A stretch of 64,000 nucleotides of DNA from Eledone cirrhosa (lineage: Eukaryota), in contig OZ024744.1 of the NCBI GenBank assembly GCA_964016885.1, forward strand, positions 88,040,001 through 88,104,000, given 5' to 3'. Position 1 is the first letter of the stretch. Every line of letters starts with the position of its first letter. Shown here in pieces: positions 58,185 through 64,000 of this stretch. The notes beneath the pieces are model-generated. The model did not search any database, was not told the DNA's origin, and worked only from the letters and a program-made list of their open reading frames with translations. A program made the translations under genes and the position numbers.

Positions 58185-58975
58185 TTTCAGGAGAGATGGC
58201 CGGAACTGTAACGGCATGACAGTGGGTGGTGACCGAAAGGATCTACAGTAGTACCGTAGCGGCATTTGTGAGGCTTACAGCCGCAGAGACCAAGTTTCAG
58301 GGAAACTCCGATACGCAAGTATTCGCTGTCCTGCAGTCCTGCAGAGAGCCACTCGCATGTGATGGAACTGCGTTGAACCAGGCACCTTTGTGGGGTTAAG
58401 GGGCCAAGCGGAAATGTGCCAGACGGTGCACCAACCCATCTGAAATCACGTTGCAAAGGATGGCATCCCATTTATTTTGACGGGACTGGACGTCTACGGG
58501 GGGGGGGGGGCGTTCAAATGGCGGAGGCCGAGCTGGTTCCAAGTTAAGTAAGCTACCGTGCTTTCCATGATCACAGTCGGTTCAGTTGTGTCGTACATAA
58601 CCCTGTTGATGATGACATGACAAAAGATCATCGACGAAAGGAAAGTAGACAGGGTCAATGAGACTGGAGATCGGGGACCGAGGGCGCCATATCTGACAGA
58701 TAAGGTGGTCTGTTGCCATCCGGTGTCGTCAAACCGGTTGTTGCATATCTCCTCAGCAGCCCGTCGGGGGCAGACATCGAGATTTGTGGGCAGAGTTGCT
58801 TGGCAGTATCAGGGAGCTCTGCGGATGGTGTATAGGAGCTTCGGCATGCGGAACAGTTCATACACAGAAAGAGTGCCGGGTTTGCATTGTTCATACTCAG
58901 TCTACTCATTAGGGATTCTAGCGGATGGGGCGATCTGCGAATCGAGGATAAGGACATATTTCTTAAGGGTCACGG
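58185..58975 (-). mobile_element. CRE-like retrotransposon internal fragment
   Basis: WQQTTLSVRYGALG; YLRIGVSLKLG...PHKCRYGTTVDPFGHHPLSCRYSSG. Confidence 0.75.
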
Positions 58976-59399
58976 CTGCTTTAGTCTATATATGAAACTC
59001 AGCAAAAAATGCACTAGCTCAATGAATACAAACTGTTTATGCATAGATTTCGTTATGCAAAATATTTAACTGATGTACAGTGATATAGATAAATATACAA
59101 ACGCACATGCCAAATTATTATAATTATAATTATAATTATAATTATTATAATTGATATACATATTAAAAATAGGGAGCGCAGATGACAAATACATTCACAC
59201 ATACGTCTGTACATTCGTGCGTGCGTACATACATACATACATGCGTACGTACATACATACATACATACATACATACATACATACATACATACATACATAC
59301 ATACATACATACATACATACATACATACATACATACACACACACACATGGCAAATGCGGAATGGGCTATTTGCCAAAGATCACAAGTTAGTCTATCGTA

Positions 59400-60325
59400 G
59401 CTTCAATAAGAAAGGCCCAATCTCCGTAAAATCACCAAAAGATCAGGTAAAGAGCCACTGGAGATCTGTATTGGAAACAAATGATGAGTTCAACAAAAAA
59501 GCTGCATGTACATAAGAGAACTGCTCCAATGGTTATCAACTGCAACTACTCCCCTATCATTCAAAATAGCCTGACAAACTTTGTTTAAAAAAAAGAAGAT
59601 AATAGCCTGTCAGAACATTATGTTCAAATTATACACAGAATGCCTCAATCTGTTCTTGCAAGATCAATGTGTCTTCAACAACATTATAACACCTGAGCAA
59701 GTTGGCGGAAAGAGGTGTGGAACTGTATAGAATAGCTTCTAATTAACAAAATGATCCAAGAAAAAAAGACTGTAAAGAATCGCAGGAAGTTAACTCTAGT
59801 GTGACTGGCGTACCAGATGTCTTTTGATAGTATACCACATAGGGGAATTATCAAGGCTTCACAGTTACCCCAAAACCCACAACCACTAGTAGCTGCTATC
59901 TAACACCTGACCAAGATTTGGTATACTTCTTTGCTCCTTAGTGGTGATAAGTTGCGACTTCATTCTGATAACATTCACTATCTTCCAAATTAATAGCTTG
60001 GTAGTACTACTCGCCACCCTTTCATTAAACCTACTATCATATCTGCTCACAAAACATAGTGGCTGTAGAAATGGATCCAGAAGTGTCTCTCATCTTATCT
60101 TTGTCGATGAGCTGAAATTGTATGGGCTAGATATCAATCACATAAAAAATTGAATCTCATTACCCTATCTTCTACAGATGAGTCCAAATGTACATTTTCT
60201 AGAACAAAACGTGGAAAGATTGTGCCCTCTTCTGAAAACATAAAAATGAACGGCCTAATGATACAACTTCTATAGTCCGGTGACTATTATAGATTTCTTG
60301 AACAGGATGAGAATGTCAGATATGC
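59400..60325 (+). mobile_element. R4/Dong-like RT fragment related to the 17.9-24.7 kb element
   Basis: IACQNIMFKLYTECLNLFLQDQC..NIITPEQVGGK; HLIFVDELKLYG. Confidence 0.75.
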
Positions 60326-61000
60326 GAATTTATGCTTAGACAGTTCAGCTCGCGATTGTAATGTCTTAAGCTGCGTCCTTCAGTAAGACACTATAATTTA
60401 CGTTGCCTCAGTCTACTAGGCGGTGGAAAAGGATTTGTACATATAAATTCAAAGAGCCAGCCTTGTCCCAAGTAGTATCAGGATGCACCTCCCCTGAGAA
60501 CTACATAAGTAGTACAATTGTTCGTGGCAAGATCAGCAATTATGAACACACACACTTTACTATAAAAATATTGAATATCATAAATCCTTGAGTCAACATT
60601 GTTTGGTAAAACGATAGATTATTTGCCGTTTATATGACGATAAAAACCATTGTCATGTACAGCTAATTCTGGCCGAACACAGATTTCAGCAGTGAATAAT
60701 TTAATCAAATAAATAAACACTTATCTTTCACGGATACGACCGTATATGTCGCGTATACATATATACCCGACACACATACATAGAGGCAAAGACACACACA
60801 CACATATACACGCAAACACACACACACGCACACGCACACATACATACACGCACCTACACACAAACACACACACACACATATATATATACACGGAAACACA
60901 CACACATACATACATAAATACACACACACACAAATATATACACGCAAACACACACACACATACATACACGCACCCACACACAAACACACACATCCACACA

Positions 61001-61056
<56 letters not shown>

Positions 61057-61530
61057 GAACAAGGCAGTTACAGAAGCAACGTTCTTAAGTAAGCAACCAT
61101 TATTGCACTATTTTATTATTATATTACAATATTGCACTATTTTATTGGTACGTGTGAATGTATATGCGGATGTGGGTGCGTTTCTGAGTGGAGGCGTGGG
61201 ATCTATTTTTGGCAATACCACTCTAATAGATTTCGATCTTCGATCTTCGATGGACCAAAAATATATGTATAATTTAATCTGTGTGTATATATACAGAAAG
61301 GCTCACCTAACGAAAAACTGTAGAGCTCTACAATGTTTAGTTATTATAAATCACCTTGCTTGAACTTATCACTGGTGGGTCTATAATGTTGGTTGTATGA
61401 TATATGACATATCACAATATTTAAATGAGATATAAAAATACCATCCTTATATGTATGTGTGTATGGTTGGAGGGAGAGATAAAAGGGAGGTGAGATAGAT
61501 AGATAAATATTAGATAGATAGATAGATAGA

Positions 61531-61624
61531 TTTCTTTATTAGCCACAAGGGCGCAACAAGAAAGGGGACGATACAAAGACATGCCAGGGATTTTACATAC
61601 AGTCGTGTAAAAAATATAAAAACA

Positions 61625-61626
<2 letters not shown>
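61531..61626 (-). mobile_element. Isolated 3'-terminal Tx1-like fragment between two (AGAT)n tracts
   Basis: Matches the 3' UTR ends at 42561-42660 and 61675-61750. Confidence 0.8.
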
Positions 61627-61674
<48 letters not shown>

Positions 61675-64000
61675 TTCTTTATTTTCCACAATGGCGCACA
61701 AGAAAAGGGGACAATACAAAGACATGCCGGGGATTTTACATACAAAAACAAACAATTACAACAATCGAAATCCCAATAGGGGAGAGGCGCCACAAATGGG
61801 TTGTTTAATACCCCGTCGATAGAACAACCCTCAACTCCAGGAGCGTGTTGTGCAAGTGCTCCTTTTTTCCTTTTGCTTTCTTCTTCAACCTACAGGTTTA
61901 TATACAGAGAAGGCCCAATCACTCGGGCCATTTTCGCTTCATTCACCCACCTTTCAGTAAATTTGCTGGGGTGCAGTGCCTCTCTCTCCACTCTGATTCT
62001 ACTTCTAAAGTGATACTTAAAGAAGGGAATCAATTGTTGTCCGGAGAGAAAGGCATATGTCCTCACACCTCTCAATCTCGTCCACCATATAACTTCTATC
62101 ACCAGAGCCACCGTACAGAGAAACCACCTCTCTTTCGTTTTTGAAAGAGGCTGGCGGTTTGATCCTTACTATGGACCTCGGCAGTCAACTGGATTTGTCC
62201 CATACGCGACAGCAGTTGTTCTGCATAATTCCACAGATCGGTTACGCCCGGGCAGTGTACAATTGCGTGCCGGGCTGTTTCAATGTCCTGCGCGCATCTT
62301 GGACTCGTCCTCTTCGAGGGATCCCTGCCGGGGCATCCGTGCCTGTAGATCTTGTCACGAACCGGAAGAGCTCCTCGGTAGCACTGCCAGGTCAGGGAGC
62401 TCTGGAAGTTGTCCATACGTCCCGGGCGGAAAGTCCTACCAAACAGACTGGTGAGCTCATCGTCTTCGACGCCCAGAGTCTCTCCGAGAGCACGTCGTCG
62501 CCCTTGTAACGTACAATCCCTCTATAGAATGTCGAAGTGGAGTTCCCACTGATTGCTGCGCCCGCTTTCCAGAGGACTGTGAGAGCCTGAGCGCATTCAA
62601 TGTGCCAGGCGCCCATCGTTTTCGGTCTTTTCTTGACCCAGGACTGCAGCTCCGTCAGCGAGACGAGCTATGGGAAAGCCTGTCTCACAAACGGTGCACA
62701 CACAGGTTGGGGGTCAGTGAGGAATACCTGGAGATGTCGCAGACTCAGCGCAGGTTTGCGCATCATCAGCCATGGCATTCCCAGCCCTCCGTTGGAAGGG
62801 TGCTGACAGCAGACGGATCTTCTCACTAGCGGATCCTGCTTCTTCCACAGAAACTGGAAGAGCATGCGTTCCATGTTGGCGAGGTGTTGACGGGGCCAAG
62901 GCATGACAGTCAAGCGGTAGTAGATGACGGACGCTATGAAAGTGTTCGCCACCTCCGCTCGACCTTTCAAGGACAGTTTGCCCTCTGCCCACTTCTGGGT
63001 GAGTGCAAACACCTTGGCCGTGACCTCGTTCCAGTTTTTCTCAACCTGGAGGTCTGGACCAAACCAGATCCCGAGCAATTTTACCGGTCCGTCCGTCCAG
63101 CGTCTAACGACGCTGTCGGACGTCATCGGTTTGCCTCTCCACGTACCGAGTTGTAAACCGACAGACTTGTGCGGGTTTAGTTTTGCTCCCGTCAACGTTT
63201 CGTATTCTTTCAGTAAATTGCCGATCACCCCGATTTCCGAATGTACTCGACACCATTACCGTCACGTCGTCGGCATAAGCCGACGCTGCTTTGCGCAGTC
63301 CCGGTTCTAGAGAGATGCCCTGCAACAGCTCCAATTTCCGCAGTAGTGGCTCTAGAGTCAATATATACAGAATGGAGGAGAGAGGGCACTCCTGTCGAAT
63401 GGAACGCGTGATTGCGAACGGCTCCGATAGGTAGCCGTTCACCTTGACCCTCGAGCAGATATTGGTGTGCATCGCCTCGATCCAGCCTCTGAACACGGCA
63501 CCGAAACCGGCCGCCTTGAGAACCGCTTCCAAGTATCGATGGTCGACCCTATCGAATGCCTTAGACTGATCCAAATTGATCAGAGCCCCACCGAAGCCGG
63601 GTTTACTACCCACCCTCTCTATGATGTATTGCATGAGGTGGAGGTTGTCGTGTATGGATCTGGTCGGGATTGCACACGTTTGCGCTTTCCCTACCAGGTT
63701 CTCGACGACAAGCGCCAACCTCGTCGCTAGCACCTTGGCCAAAATCATTAACTCTGTGTTGAATAGAGTTATGGGCCTGAAGTTGTTAATTTCGTCTCCC
63801 TTGTTCTCGTCTTTCCTGATCAGCGTTACTACGCCCTTGCCTGCAGAACTGGGAATTCTCCCGTTCTGCTGCCAATTGCAGTAGACGGCTTCGAGGGCGC
63901 CAGAGAACAAGTCCGTCATGCCTATGTAAAACTCATAGGGTAGACCATCTAGACCGGGTGACTTGCGTTTCCCGCAGCGGCCCAGAGCGTCCCATATCTC
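61675..64000 (-). mobile_element. Tx1/L1-like LINE, RT to 3' end (continues beyond the window), few frameshifts
   Basis: KSPGLDGLPYEFY, NFRPITLFNTE..ILAKVL, LDQSKAFDRVDH, SIRQECPLS, SAYADDVT, VKLLGIWFG, LSLKGR, GGLGMP, ETARHAIVHCP. Ends AATAAA then (ATCT)12. Confidence 0.92.

Overview
Eukaryotic, AT-rich, microsatellite-dense genomic DNA. The tRNA-derived SINE family present in about 12 copies looks like the octopus (cephalopod) SINE, so an octopod genome is likely; this is inferred from recall, not a search. The window is almost entirely nested, decayed transposable elements: Penelope-like elements (PLEs) with inverted pseudo-LTRs and hammerhead ribozyme motifs, Tx1/L1-like, R4/Dong-like, CRE-like and RTE-like LINEs, SINEs and Helitrons. 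The only convincing host gene is an intronless, highly diverged EB1/MAPRE-family ORF (29799-30743, minus). The most striking observation is an internally deleted Helitron (20855-24435, minus) whose region downstream of the RepHel stop codon carries a 95-bp-period array of histone-mRNA-type 3' stem-loops in sense orientation. Also notable are at least five distinct hammerhead families, including non-canonical cores (UUGAUAA, CAGAAGA), and PLE inversion breakpoints that fall within those ribozymes. Most ORFs in the supplied track are microsatellite or antisense artefacts. All family assignments come from motif recognition by eye, and TE boundaries are approximate unless termini are quoted.
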